64,000 nucleotides of DNA from Utricularia gibba (Eukaryota; Plantae; Magnoliophyta). The notes beneath the pieces were generated by a model that saw nothing but the letters and a program-made list of their open reading frames with translations, was not told the origin of the DNA and searched no databases. The DNA lies in NCBI GenBank assembly GCA_002189035.1, contig NEEC01000002.1, forward strand, positions 5,456,001 through 5,520,000. The letters are read 5' to 3'. Each line of letters starts with the position of its first letter. Within the stretch, counting starts at the first letter, position 1. A program made the position numbers and the translations under genes. Of the stretch, positions 53,186 through 63,954 are shown piece by piece.

Positions 53186-56100
53186 CACTTGATGGATTTC
53201 GATATCACCACCTTCCACCTGAAAACGTAACTTCCATCACCAACACGACAACCCATGAGAGAGGGTCTCAAATACCAGTTTGCCTTTAGTAAAACTACAA
53301 TTTACTATTTTTTCCTTTTTTGAAAAATAACCTCAAGTTATTTAGCCGATATATATATATATATCTATATACTCCAATATCATTCAAATACCAACTCCCG
53401 GTACCACCTTTTATTACCCCAATTTTCATTTAAAATTGATCGAAAATGACACAACACAATTTCATTTTGGCACATCATGGTCGCGCTTTCGAGCCTGAGG
53501 GTGTTTTCAAGCACTTATTAGGAACAAATCATTGCACCTGGCATCCCCACCAATGAAAAGAGAAGATGCATCCGAACAGAAAGCATTAAACAAGACAAGG
53601 GAAAGAAACGCATGATCAGGTTGGCGAGCAACACAAAATTGCAAGTGATTATGATGATTAATTATCAGTTGAATTCATGAGGTTTGACCGAATATCCACC
53701 CCTACCACGTCAGAGAATATCAACATAGCAGGGCGCAAAGTTAATGCTGCCGCGCAACCCTGACTGACTGACTTGTGCATCAAGAACAAGTGTCACGGTC
53801 ACGTGAGCATGGGTCCCACAAATATCATTATTCTATGTTCACCGTGAGTAATTTAAACGGACCACCCCGGGCCATGTACACTTCCCGTCCCCCCTGTCGT
53901 CTCTTCGTAAAGTTATAATAATTTAAAATAAAATAAACTTTATAGATTTAACTAATTCAATTTACATTATTATTAAACCCAATCAATTTAAATATTAATT
54001 TTAATTCTATTTAAATATTTTTAAAATATAATTCACTCATAAATAAATCAAATCATCCAAAAACACACCAGAATCGCCCACCGAACCCTAATTAATGTTT
54101 GGATTGCCTTCAGAATGCACCAAGTTTGTTACACCATCACAAGGAGTACGACTGTGATGCAACGGCACTACGGTCAGGGATCAAAAGAAACGTGAGCAAC
54201 TTTTGCAACACAACCAGAGATAAGAATGCTTGGGGCTGCCTTGAAAAAATGACCTATTGGGAAATCTCTTTTTTATCCGTAAATTCATATTATAATCGAA
54301 AATTGAGGAATGAGAATGAATAGACTTACTACAAATAGCCAACCTTTTATGACTAGAATAGCAAACAGTATGTATTATATAAAAATATATGACAATAACG
54401 GGAATCAGCAATATAGAATAATCCAGTCCATAATTTTAATAAATTAAAACGTGGAATTAGGTGAACAGGTGGGGTCCATTAGAGTCATGGGAGGGGAATG
54501 GATCACCCCGATGCCTACGCATCCATACAACAAGACGACGGACAGCAAGAATTTGGTGTTGTCAATATTGAACTACAATGGTGCCCTGATGCTAATACCG
54601 ATGTGGTATGGGCAGCTAAAAAAACACTCAATGCGTAGAAGAGGTCACTATGGAATTTACAAACGAAGTATGGGAAAAGAATTTTACGTTTTTTTTCCGA
54701 TTGTATGCAATTTATTTCTATTTTAATCTCATAATACACGAATTAGAAAAGAGCGGCTATTCATGGCAGGGCACAAGAAAAAAAAAAAGAGCTAGCTGTT
54801 TTACCCGATCTACAACAGCTGTACGTAACGCTGATAAAAAAAAATGTAGAATCTAAAAACAAGAGATGAACGTGAAGAGAAAGGCGGTCCAGAAGTTTTC
54901 TGGAAAAGAGTGATGAATTTCTGAAGATCGCTTCAGAGTTTCGATCGGTGGCGGAGTTGATAATCGAATTTAAAGAAGCAACCGGAGGAGGTTGGCGCCA
55001 ACCATCATTCTACCGATTCAAATCAACGGAGGAGTAGAGGAAGAAAGAAAACTCACCGTAGAAGACAAAAACGGAGGTCGCTGACTGGAGTTGCTCCGGC
55101 TGCGCGCAGTGAGAGGGAATGGAAGCGAATTTGACGACGGATTCTCTGATTTGGAATTTCGGCAAACACAAAAGTGATGTGCATTTTGGAGCTATTAATA
55201 GGGGGTGAGAGAGTCAGGAGGGGGCAAACTGGTCTTTCCGTTTTTTCAAGGGTGGACTGGCGGGCCCTCCTTCCCCTTACTTTTTCGTTTCTCCCGTCCA
55301 ATGAATACTATTTTTTTGTTCATTCAAACACGGATCCTCCATAAAACACCCCTGTCGTAAACCGGTCTCTCATGTGGCTTTGACAAACAATTTTTATTTT
55401 AAACAAATACTTAAATGTTAAATTTGGTACCACACCCAATAAACTTCACGTTCATGCTGCGCAGCAAAAGCTGGGATGATTCCCAATGGGTAGCACCGGC
55501 GGTTCGGGAAGTTTCACCATTGGAAAGAAGTGAATTCACCACGCCATGCCATGCTGCGGTTTTGATTTGGAGGGGGGACTGGGTCTGGCTGTCCGGATAG
55601 AGAAATACAAGGAAAAGGCAACATTGGTGGCGGCCACCCCGGCCGACCAAAGCGTGGGCTGGCCCCACTGCCATCCCACCAGATAGTGACTCCCTTTTCT
55701 TGTTTCCTGTTTGTTGAATCAAACATACGATGCAGATTGCAGTATGCACGTACCCCGTCCAAGGCTGACGGCCTCCTTCGACCAGATGAAATGGTCATGT
55801 TTCTTCTCCACATCTTTGACTTTCATTTTTCTTTCCCATTTTTCTTTTTATTAATTGCGTTGACCTGGATGCCAATTTATTTACGCGGACTAGTATTCAG
55901 CCCACCCTGACTGGGAGCGTCCAGACTCCCGCGTGTTTGCGTGAAGATTCCGAGGAGTATAATAATGCATATCGCGTGGAGCCCAAGCACACGCCAACTT
56001 GAAGGGCCTCCCCAGTTTCTCTTCCTGTTCATAGCGCTCCAGGAAGGACACCGCATTGCCCTCATCAGTAGAGATTCCCCTGCCTCGAACTGAATCACCA

Positions 56101-56610
56101 CACAACTTCCACCCCATCTAGCAAAACAAGCACATATTCAACCAGGGGCAGCACATTCAGAAAGAGTTCGTAAGGACACAACTCATCCTGAGGGTTGAGG
56201 CGTGTCCAGAACCTGCGACACAAGGCTTCAGCCACAGGGTGAGTAGTCTATCAGGCCTGTGCACTTTTGAAACACAGGCACGCATGCACGCAAAAACATA
56301 TGGAAGCACCGAACTGCATATTGCTGAGTCTGTAGTCTATGAAAACAAACCACCTAACGCGATGACCTGATCTCTTAGTTTGTTTGAAAACATAAATCAC
56401 TACATCAAAAACCTCTTTCCATTTCTAGATAAGAAGAGGCAACACTTGGGATGACGACTACCCAGCTCATGATAATTATTCTACGTTCTGTTGCTACAGT
56501 ACGATAAAACAAAATAGAATCACTCTTCTGTATATTTTCAGTATGTTCACTGACCTTCAGAGGAGAAAATTTCAGCAGCAACCAGCCCCGTGAATATGAT
56601 TCTTGTATTT

Positions 56611-59600
56611 TCATATCTCCATTCCAGCATCATCTTCGCGTCTCAGATGTTGTGAGTTCTCTACTCGAAGTAAGCTTTCTTTTCTCAAAGGGGAATCTGT
56701 GAAGATGGCTCGAATGAAATCACTCACCTGCAACAAAAGACTGAATCATTCTTTTGCTTGGTCATTTTTTGCTGCTTCCGACACTAAAAAGACACATGGC
56801 TTACCTCAGATGAAGTGAAGTCACACTCTATAAGTTCACTGCTTTCCCAAGCTTCGGTTATTGCCTTTAGAGGCATGTCCAAAAGTTCTAATAATATGTG
56901 GTTGTTAAAAATGTGGTTTCATGCGCTGTTTGAAGTGGGAAAAAAAACACTCGTACCAGCAAGCTTCCGTAGCTTTCGGATGCACTTGATTAAACGATGC
57001 TTCTTATTGTGTGCATCTTTAGGACTTCCTCCCAGATCAGCTGCTAGCAAGGAATCCAATAAAGACGACAGATGCTCAAACAGGAGATGAATCAATTTTT
57101 GAAGCTGCATCAGAGGACGGAATAGAAAGGAAGCTTCAATAAAAGATAAAAATGCCATGTCCTGATGCGGACCTCCCATCCTATTTTATGTTCAAGGATT
57201 TTATACATACCCTTTCTTAAAAAATTCTACGCGAAGTGGATACTCCGATAAAGAAAAGAGTACAAAATTGTTCAATACATACAATTACCCACCTGGAACG
57301 TTTCTTCAGCTGCCATATCATCCAATAGGAGTATTTCTTTCGTAATTCTGGAGAAGACCTCCTCCAAAATGATGGCCATACTCTTCTCATATGCTGAATG
57401 TAGTAACAGAGGTTCCCAGATGATTCGCACTTTCTCAAGTATGAAAGAAACCTACCAGCACAGGGTAACATTTACCAATGCTGCTTGAAACAAGTGTTAA
57501 GACCAAAATCTAAGACAAAAGCACGTGCTTGATGCAAAGTCGTGCGCGAACTTCACCATAGAAAATGATAACATTTTAATTCAGAAACGAAAATAATAAG
57601 CATCCAAGGACCAGCAATTCCATGCAGCACTCCTGTTCAGCACTGACAATAGAGATGAGGGGTGAATTAGCATTGAACGCCTAGTTCTATTACCTGGTCA
57701 ATAGCAAAGGTAGACGTTTCAAATTGTTTGATCTGGTGTGTATTCTGAAACCCATTTGCTCCATCAATTGCCTGGTACAGATGCATAAAAAAATCATATA
57801 AAAAAACAAGCAATGCATCCAGCTTATTCATACGTCTAAGTGTTTCGTAAAGCACCTGTTCCAAGTTTTTAGTAACGAGTTGAATCTGCTGCTGCAATAC
57901 TTCTTCAGCCATTAATTGGAACTTAGGTGGCATATCAACAAACACGGCAATTTCCTTGACCAAACTGGAAAGAATTCACGATACTGCAGCATTAAGTTAA
58001 GCGTAAATACAGAGCAGACACAAGAGCTTTGAACTGGTCATCAAGCATAGTGCGGAACTGTCTAAAGCAAAATTTAATACTATCCACGTAAAAATGATAG
58101 TTTTGTCTGCAACAGTACACCAGGAAGAAAGCGAATTAAAACAATCAGCTAATTTCCACCTGTAAACCTAAGGCATATATTACATACATGGATGGTTACC
58201 AAGTATCATGACTGAAAAGAACCAAGAGATGACTAGACATCAGCTGCACTATAAGTCACACCATCTGTGACTGGCATCTTGCTTTATAAGCTTTTGATAG
58301 AAATTGGATCATACAAGAACTAAATGAATCAGTCACCATCAGGATAGCCACTACCATTTTTTCAGGAACAAGCCAAAATATTTTCTCCACATAAGACAGC
58401 ATCAAGAAACAAGTCTTCGACAACAGAAATGAGAAGATCCACGCACAAAAATAGGTTGGTGCATGACAAATTATGGGGAAAGTCAAACGCATAATGCATG
58501 TCCTACTCAATTTGAGAAGATCCTCATGCACTAACCTGAAATGCAAGACCAAGGATCTCCTGAGCAAAGTATATACAATCATTATGAATAAGAACGGCAG
58601 CCTGATTTATGGAATCAAGATGCCTGTGAAACTGCAGAAAAAACGAAACAATGTCTATCAATCCATCCACATTTTTCTACATTCTTTCTTTTTAACTAAA
58701 ATAAGATATATTGGACTCCAAGGATGTGCCCTGAACCTACTAACCTTTACAGGTATGATGGCCTCATATAGAGATATAGCATTTCTAGCAGTATGATAGA
58801 ACTCCAAAGCCACTTTTGGAGGTAACAAGCATACATCCTACACATGCAGAATAAAATTCTAGAGACCAATATAATAAAAAGCATAACAATATAAACGAAT
58901 ACCAAGTGTTATCCTGTGACTCACAAACCTTGAGAACATGATGCACGAGCTCCATTAATTGCTTAGATGCTTCAGATACAAAACATTGCTCACGGGAGAA
59001 CAACAAGAAAACTGGACCAGAGAACTCAGCATCAAATTCTTTACACGCTATGTCAGGGAAAGCCTTGATGTGATCCTGCAGGGATTGTCACACATTCTAA
59101 GTACAATATATGTCAATATGAATCAATTACTGTACTATACCTACTTGAGGGATGCTGAAGCTAGATTCTAGCAGTATATTTCTGGCCTTTGCTAAAATAT
59201 TTATCCTCTTTCTTGATGCAAAATGCTCCTCAACGTTGTCAGCAAAAGTGCTCAATTTCCCATCCTTGACATCAGACGAAGATATGAACATAGTTTTCTT
59301 CAAAGCATCCTCAAATTCAATAGTGAGTTTCCTTATCTTCTGAAATTCAACCAACTTGGAAGCATCATCCGTACCACCTGTGTACAAATTGACAAGAAAA
59401 TGAAAACATTCACAAAAATCACCACGATAAGTTATTAAATTTGTAGTCGTATGTCATTTCAGCCTTGAAAGACTCTTTCAAGATGCCTAGGCAACCGTCA
59501 AACGTTATCACAACATTTTGTTACAAAAAGTATAACTGTACAAGAAATACATTCTTTACACCCTAAAAAAATATCTGACCTTTGATAGAAAACTCGAAAT

Positions 59601-61096
59601 TATCATATTTGAGAGCGTAGGCCAAGTTAATCTCCCAAAAACGGACATCCAGGTGCCATTACAAAAGCAAAGAAACTTGTTGATGAATTCAATTATCCTG
59701 ATAAGCGCAGTGTACATTCTTTCCCCTTCCATATTGTTACCCTAGAAAATGAAGATGAAACAATGAAAAAACATGCAAGCGTCGAAGCCATAATCAAAAT
59801 TTTGCAATGTCATATAATAAATAGGGTAATCTGCAGATGTCAGAAATTGCACCTCAGGACCATTTGCTGGAGCCAACACAAGAACAGCTTCAGGGTCATG
59901 GCCGAGGTCCTCATTCAATTCTTCTAAAAATGAAACGGTCGACCCCTGATTCACTACTGGACTAAAAACATATTTTATCATAAAATCCGCAGTTTTAGAA
60001 AGCCCATAGTTTAGCATACCAGCAACCTGAATGAGCATCACAACAAATAAGAAAGTGCTGAAAGCGTTTAAAAAAAATGGAGAAAGACTTGTGGGATTTC
60101 TAATAATATTATATTTATAATTAACTGTAACTCACGTCCATTGCTTTCAAAGCAGTAGAAAGTTCAAGTCCATGAATACCAGCTGCAGCAGTGTGATACT
60201 TCACATGAATTGCGGTTCCTTGCTGTTCATATTGTACAGCGTTCTCCATAAACCGTAAAAGCAACTCTTGAATCTACATCCAAATCAAATGGCTCTAAAG
60301 AACAATCATGAAATTGGATAATAGCACCATACTGCTATATAACAAAACAGACAATACCAAATACGTTACTATGAATGCTACATATAAATATAATGTTTTA
60401 TGATTACATTATTACATTTATTGTGTCTGCTGAAGCTAAGTTAAATGTAGAACTTAAATCCTGAAATCCTAAACATGTGCATTGGAAATGAAAACTGCAC
60501 AGGACAAAGCCTATGATTAAATTGGGAATGATCCCAAGTACCTCTTCAAAGCAGTCAGACCACCGCCGTTTAAGAATCCTGTATACAGCCGGTTGACCCT
60601 GCTCCACCACGTAATCATCATTACCTGTAACTCCGAGAGCTTCCTTCAACTCCATCAACATATGTGCCGCCTCTACCACTCTCCCATTCTTCAAATCGTT
60701 GCCAATCTTCGCCAGCTTTCTATCTAACTCCAAAACCACTTGAAAAAATTCAGCAACTTCCGCTTTCTCCCTGGCCTCACGCTTCTTCTGCACAATCTGC
60801 CGAACGACGCTGCCGACATCTTCCTCAATCGATTGACCCGAAACAAGACTTAGAAGCCCGGAGATTTCTTCCGCAATGCGTTCAAAATTGGAAGCGACGT
60901 CTGAACACTGCTCGAAGATGGCGGAGAAGTCTTCCTGGTGGGAGAGAAGGAACGATCGAACCGTGGACTTGATCTTGAGAGAGTGAGCGTCCAGGCGGGA
61001 GATAAGTAGCCGGAGGTCTGGCGCCCATAGTGGAGAAGAAGGAGACTCCGGCACCGGCAGAAGATCCCGGACATCAATCCTGTCGAAAATGTCCAT
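56611..61096 (-). CDS. ZW10: Centromere/kinetochore protein ZW10 (also Dsl1-complex MIP1); two apparent -1 frameshifts
   Basis: Motifs are MDIFDRIDVRDLL...APDLRLLISRL, FGRLTWP, DDASKLVEFQ, HNDCIY, DGANGFQNTH, LLDDMAAEET and LDMPLKAITEAWES, ending TGA at 56611-56613. The frame breaks at about 59371 and 57966. Confidence 0.9.
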
Positions 61097-61274
61097 CCGA
61101 CGGAAGTCCCAGTCCCACCCACCGAAGTTCCGAAGGATCGACGAGCCTCCAGCGGAAGGAAGGCGTTCTTTTTATTTATTATTTATTTAATCAACACAGT
61201 TATTAAACTAAATTAATAAAATTTCACACTAAAAAAAATAAAATCACAATAAAAACAACACAATTTTAGGTCAT

Positions 61275-61720
61275 TATAAATAGTTTAATTCTAAAATTTC
61301 GAAATTACAAAAAAACACTTAACTCTAAAAACACTATAACGAAGATTCAAACAGTTTTTAAATTTTTTTAAAAATGAATTCAATAAAAAAAATTTATATG
61401 GCATTGCAAAATTTTGATTCAAACTCAACAAAAATTTGTGTTAAGAGTTTTTTCACATTCATGTCTCAAATTCGACGAATAGAATGATATTTAAATTAGA
61501 GTTATATTGTATTCACATTTTGTATTATTCAAAATCATGATTTTTATATCGTGTTCATAGCTATTTTTCATATGATATATCATTATAATATTATTATTAT
61601 CAAAATTGGTTAGTTTTGTTAATATGAAAAGTTAAATATGTAATTTTATAAGTTTAATGTCAAATATAAAAAAACAAATTGAATCATTTATAACATAATT
61701 TTAAAATTTAAAATTAATTT
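61275..61720. repeat. AT-rich dispersed repeat, inverted relative to 7220-7570
   Basis: It shows collinear similarity to the reverse complement of 7220-7570. Confidence 0.7.
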
Positions 61721-62141
61721 TTTTTATACTGATTGTAACTTGGATTGTGGTTATCAAACTCTATGCATAAAAAAAATAATAAAAATGCATGTTAAATTCG
61801 GCAATAACAAAACATCTTTAGTAATTTTAACTGTTAATTTTTTATGCAAACTATGGTAAATGATTTGATTTTTTAATTATGTATATAATTATCTTAATAA
61901 TGTTTATAAAACTCTTTTATTAATTAAACGAATTTGGATTTTTTTCATATATTTAAGCACATTTATATTATTATTATTATTATTATTATTTTAAATAAAT
62001 ATTTCTATAACATATATAATTTTATCAATTACCAAATCTAAATTTTTGTGGTGTATTTGAAATGATTTTTTTTTTTTGGAAAAAAAAAAGAGAGCGAATT
62101 GGTTGAAATCAGCAGTGAGTTGTCCCATAAATTTCACGCCT

Positions 62142-62182
62142 GTCCCACACCGAAAACATGAATAATGCGCCTATATATATAC
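62142..62182 (+). promoter_or_regulatory. snRNA-type promoter: USE-like element + TATA box with Pol III-like spacing
   Basis: GTCCCACACCG at 62142-62152 has one mismatch to the dicot USE RTCCCACATCG. TATATATATAC is at 62172-62182, 19-23 nt downstream depending on register. Confidence 0.5.
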
Positions 62183-62212
62183 ATAATCCCAACTCAGCAG
62201 TGAGTTGAGCAA

Positions 62213-62455
62213 ATGGCGAAAGGCGTCATTGACAGCGTGAAGAAGTACTGCAGGAAACTCAAATGCCGCATAAAACCACGGGGAAAAAGCGATGATTCCC
62301 CAGCAACTTCGCCTGTTTTCTGTGACGAGCTTTTCGAGGCATCCAAGCCGACGACGACGCGGACGCGGGTTCTGGACGGCGAGAGCGGCCTCCTCCTCTG
62401 CCACCACATTGCCGCTCAGAGGCATTTCAGTATGCGCCCTAATATTTATATTTGA
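62213..62455 (+). CDS. Candidate 80-aa orphan ORF (or coincidental ORF inside a ncRNA)
   Basis: This is a GC-rich island in AT-rich flanks, with its ATG about 40 bp after a TATA box. I recognise no homology. Confidence 0.3.
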   Translation: MAKGVIDSVKKYCRKLKCRIKPRGKSDDSPATSPVFCDELFEASKPTTTRTRVLDGESGLLLCHHIAAQRHFSMRPNIYI

Positions 62456-63323
62456 GTGACAAATGGATTTGCGTAGCTGCTTAATGGATCTTATTTTTCA
62501 TTTCAACTGGAAGTACTTTTCATCACATGCTTTCATTTGGCCGAAAAAAAAATAGAAATAGAACATCACTTCTTATGTTTAATACTTGTCACTCTTGTGT
62601 GAAATTTAATCATAAGAATTTATTTTTGAGAATTGATTATAAGATTGAAATTATAATTATATTTATTCTTATAAATAATTATACTTAATACTATTATAAA
62701 TAATTTAATTACTTTATTTTTAAATTATAATTTTAATATAAATATATTTAAATTGAAAGTAGTTATATAAATTATAATTTAAAATCATATGGTATTTTAT
62801 AATATAAATGATAAACAATACCTATTTTTTAAAGTTATAAATTTATAAAATATAATTATTAATAATTATATAATTTGTTTATTAAAATTAATTCTCATTT
62901 TTTATACTCATGAATTCATTTTATAATAATCATTTTAAAAAATATTTTCAAATATATATCAACTCTTATTCTATCAAAATTTTAGATTATGTTAAAATCA
63001 ATTTTAAAGTAATTTTTCCAAATGTAACTTCAGTTTTCTCTTTGATCGGTTCTATGGCTTCTTACAAGTGCAACAATGGCAATAGGAGTTAACAAAAGTG
63101 AGCCTAAAAGCCCGTGGAGATCAAAAGCAATTCAATGAGGAAATTAAACAACTTCCTCAAAATCCAAAGTCAACCAATCCTAATATTCTTTTTCAACAAC
63201 GACGAGATAAGAAACCAAAGCCTACAACATAAGAATCCATTCTTTGGGAAAGGAGTTTCTTGATATTGGATCTGCTCTCAAGTGAAACATTTATGTGATT
63301 CAATTCATAGTGAGCCCGTACAG

Positions 63324-63368
63324 GGCCCACGTTGCTTTAGAAGCCCGGTTCCAACAGTATATATAAAA
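63324..63368 (+). promoter_or_regulatory. Pol II promoter of the snoRNA cluster (site II motif + TATA)
   Basis: GGCCCA is at 63324-63329, with AGCCC half-sites nearby, and TATATATAAAA is at 63358-63368. Site II motifs are typical of ribosome-biogenesis genes. Confidence 0.6.
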
Positions 63369-63530
63369 GAGCCCTAGAAGTCTTGGGCGTTCCTGAACTT
63401 TTGAAATCTGTGCCTTGCGGTTCACTCCCTCAGCCGCTCGTGAATTTCAGAAATCTGCCCCGTTCCTTCGTTTTCTTCTGTAGATTAATGTTTCTTGGTT
63501 CGGATTTTTCTCTTTTTCTTGTTTTCGTCT

Positions 63531-63612
63531 GCGTGCAGTGATGATCCAAATTATGTGGACTAGAGTTTCTGATCTTGCAATTGAAGACTAACCCTTGGCT
63601 GTCTGAGTACGC
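63531..63612 (+). ncRNA. snoR37: Box C/D snoRNA, double guide for 25S rRNA (snoR37-like; U53/U52-equivalent sites)
   Basis: It has a terminal stem gcgtgc/gtacgc, C box GTGATGA at 63538-63544, D' CTGA at 63569-63572 and D CTGA at 63603-63606. Guide GGACTAGAGT is antisense to 25S ACTCTAGTCC, and guide CCCTTGGCTGT is antisense to 25S ACAGCCAAGGG. The name is from recollection. Confidence 0.88.
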
Positions 63613-63713
63613 ATTTTTGTTGTACTAGTTTGCTTTTACTTTTTTATCTTTCTCCAAAATTCGTCTTCTGTCGGGTTTTTCAATCCCATTGCACCCCAAT
63701 TTTCTAGGTATCT

Positions 63714-63797
63714 GGCTTGTGATGATGAACGATTTATCTTAGCGGATTTCAGTGAGATTTTTTCATCAATGATCTGATTGTTACACACACTGAAGCC
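63714..63797 (+). ncRNA. snoR22: Box C/D snoRNA, double guide for 25S rRNA (snoR22-like)
   Basis: It has a stem ggct/agcc, C box GTGATGA at 63719-63725 and D CTGA at 63790-63793. Guides CTTAGCGGATTTC and TTGTTACACAC are antisense to adjacent parts of 25S GAAATCCGCTAAGGAGTGTGTAACAA. The name is from recollection. Confidence 0.88.
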
Positions 63798-63860
63798 TCA
63801 TATAAGTTTCCATTTTTCTGTTATATTAGTTTGGTTAGATTTTTCCATCCACGATATTTT

Positions 63861-63954
63861 TGCAATGATGAGGTTAACCACCATTTTGGTGTTGATGGCA
63901 GTGGATTCATATCCGTGAGCCATTCTTACTAACGACTTCTCCTTCCACTGAGCA
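63861..63954 (+). ncRNA. snoR23: Box C/D snoRNA guiding an Am near the 18S rRNA 3' end (snoR23-like)
   Basis: It has a stem tgc/gca, C box ATGATGA at 63865-63871 and D CTGA at 63948-63951. The 15-nt guide ACGACTTCTCCTTCC (63932-63946) is antisense to plant 18S GGAAGGAGAAGTCGT. The name is from recollection. Confidence 0.88.

Noticed and set aside
48043-53192. Plus-strand ORFs antisense to PICC, and similar ones antisense to RLP, DUF641, PIF and ZW10
   Set aside because: These are expected shadows of long coding frames and show no independent coding signal.
54471-54510. Hairpin with a miR482/2118-like CCTCCCATG core
   Set aside because: The stem is far too short for a pre-miRNA, the motif sits in the loop, and there is no star sequence.
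54599-54609. USE-like ATACCACATCG on the minus strand
   Set aside because: There is no TATA box at either Pol II or Pol III spacing.
62430-62476. GT...AG mini-intron with a CTAAT branch point at the end of the 80-aa ORF
   Set aside because: At 47 nt it is below the usual plant minimum, and the branch point is too close to the donor.
62200-62500. Telomerase RNA, U3, U6, U6atac, MRP or 7SL behind the USE/TATA
   Set aside because: There is no telomere template near the 5' end, no U3 box A, no U6/U6atac start, no MRP GAAAGUCCCC and no SRP motifs. AGCGTGAAG and GATGAT alone are too short to count.
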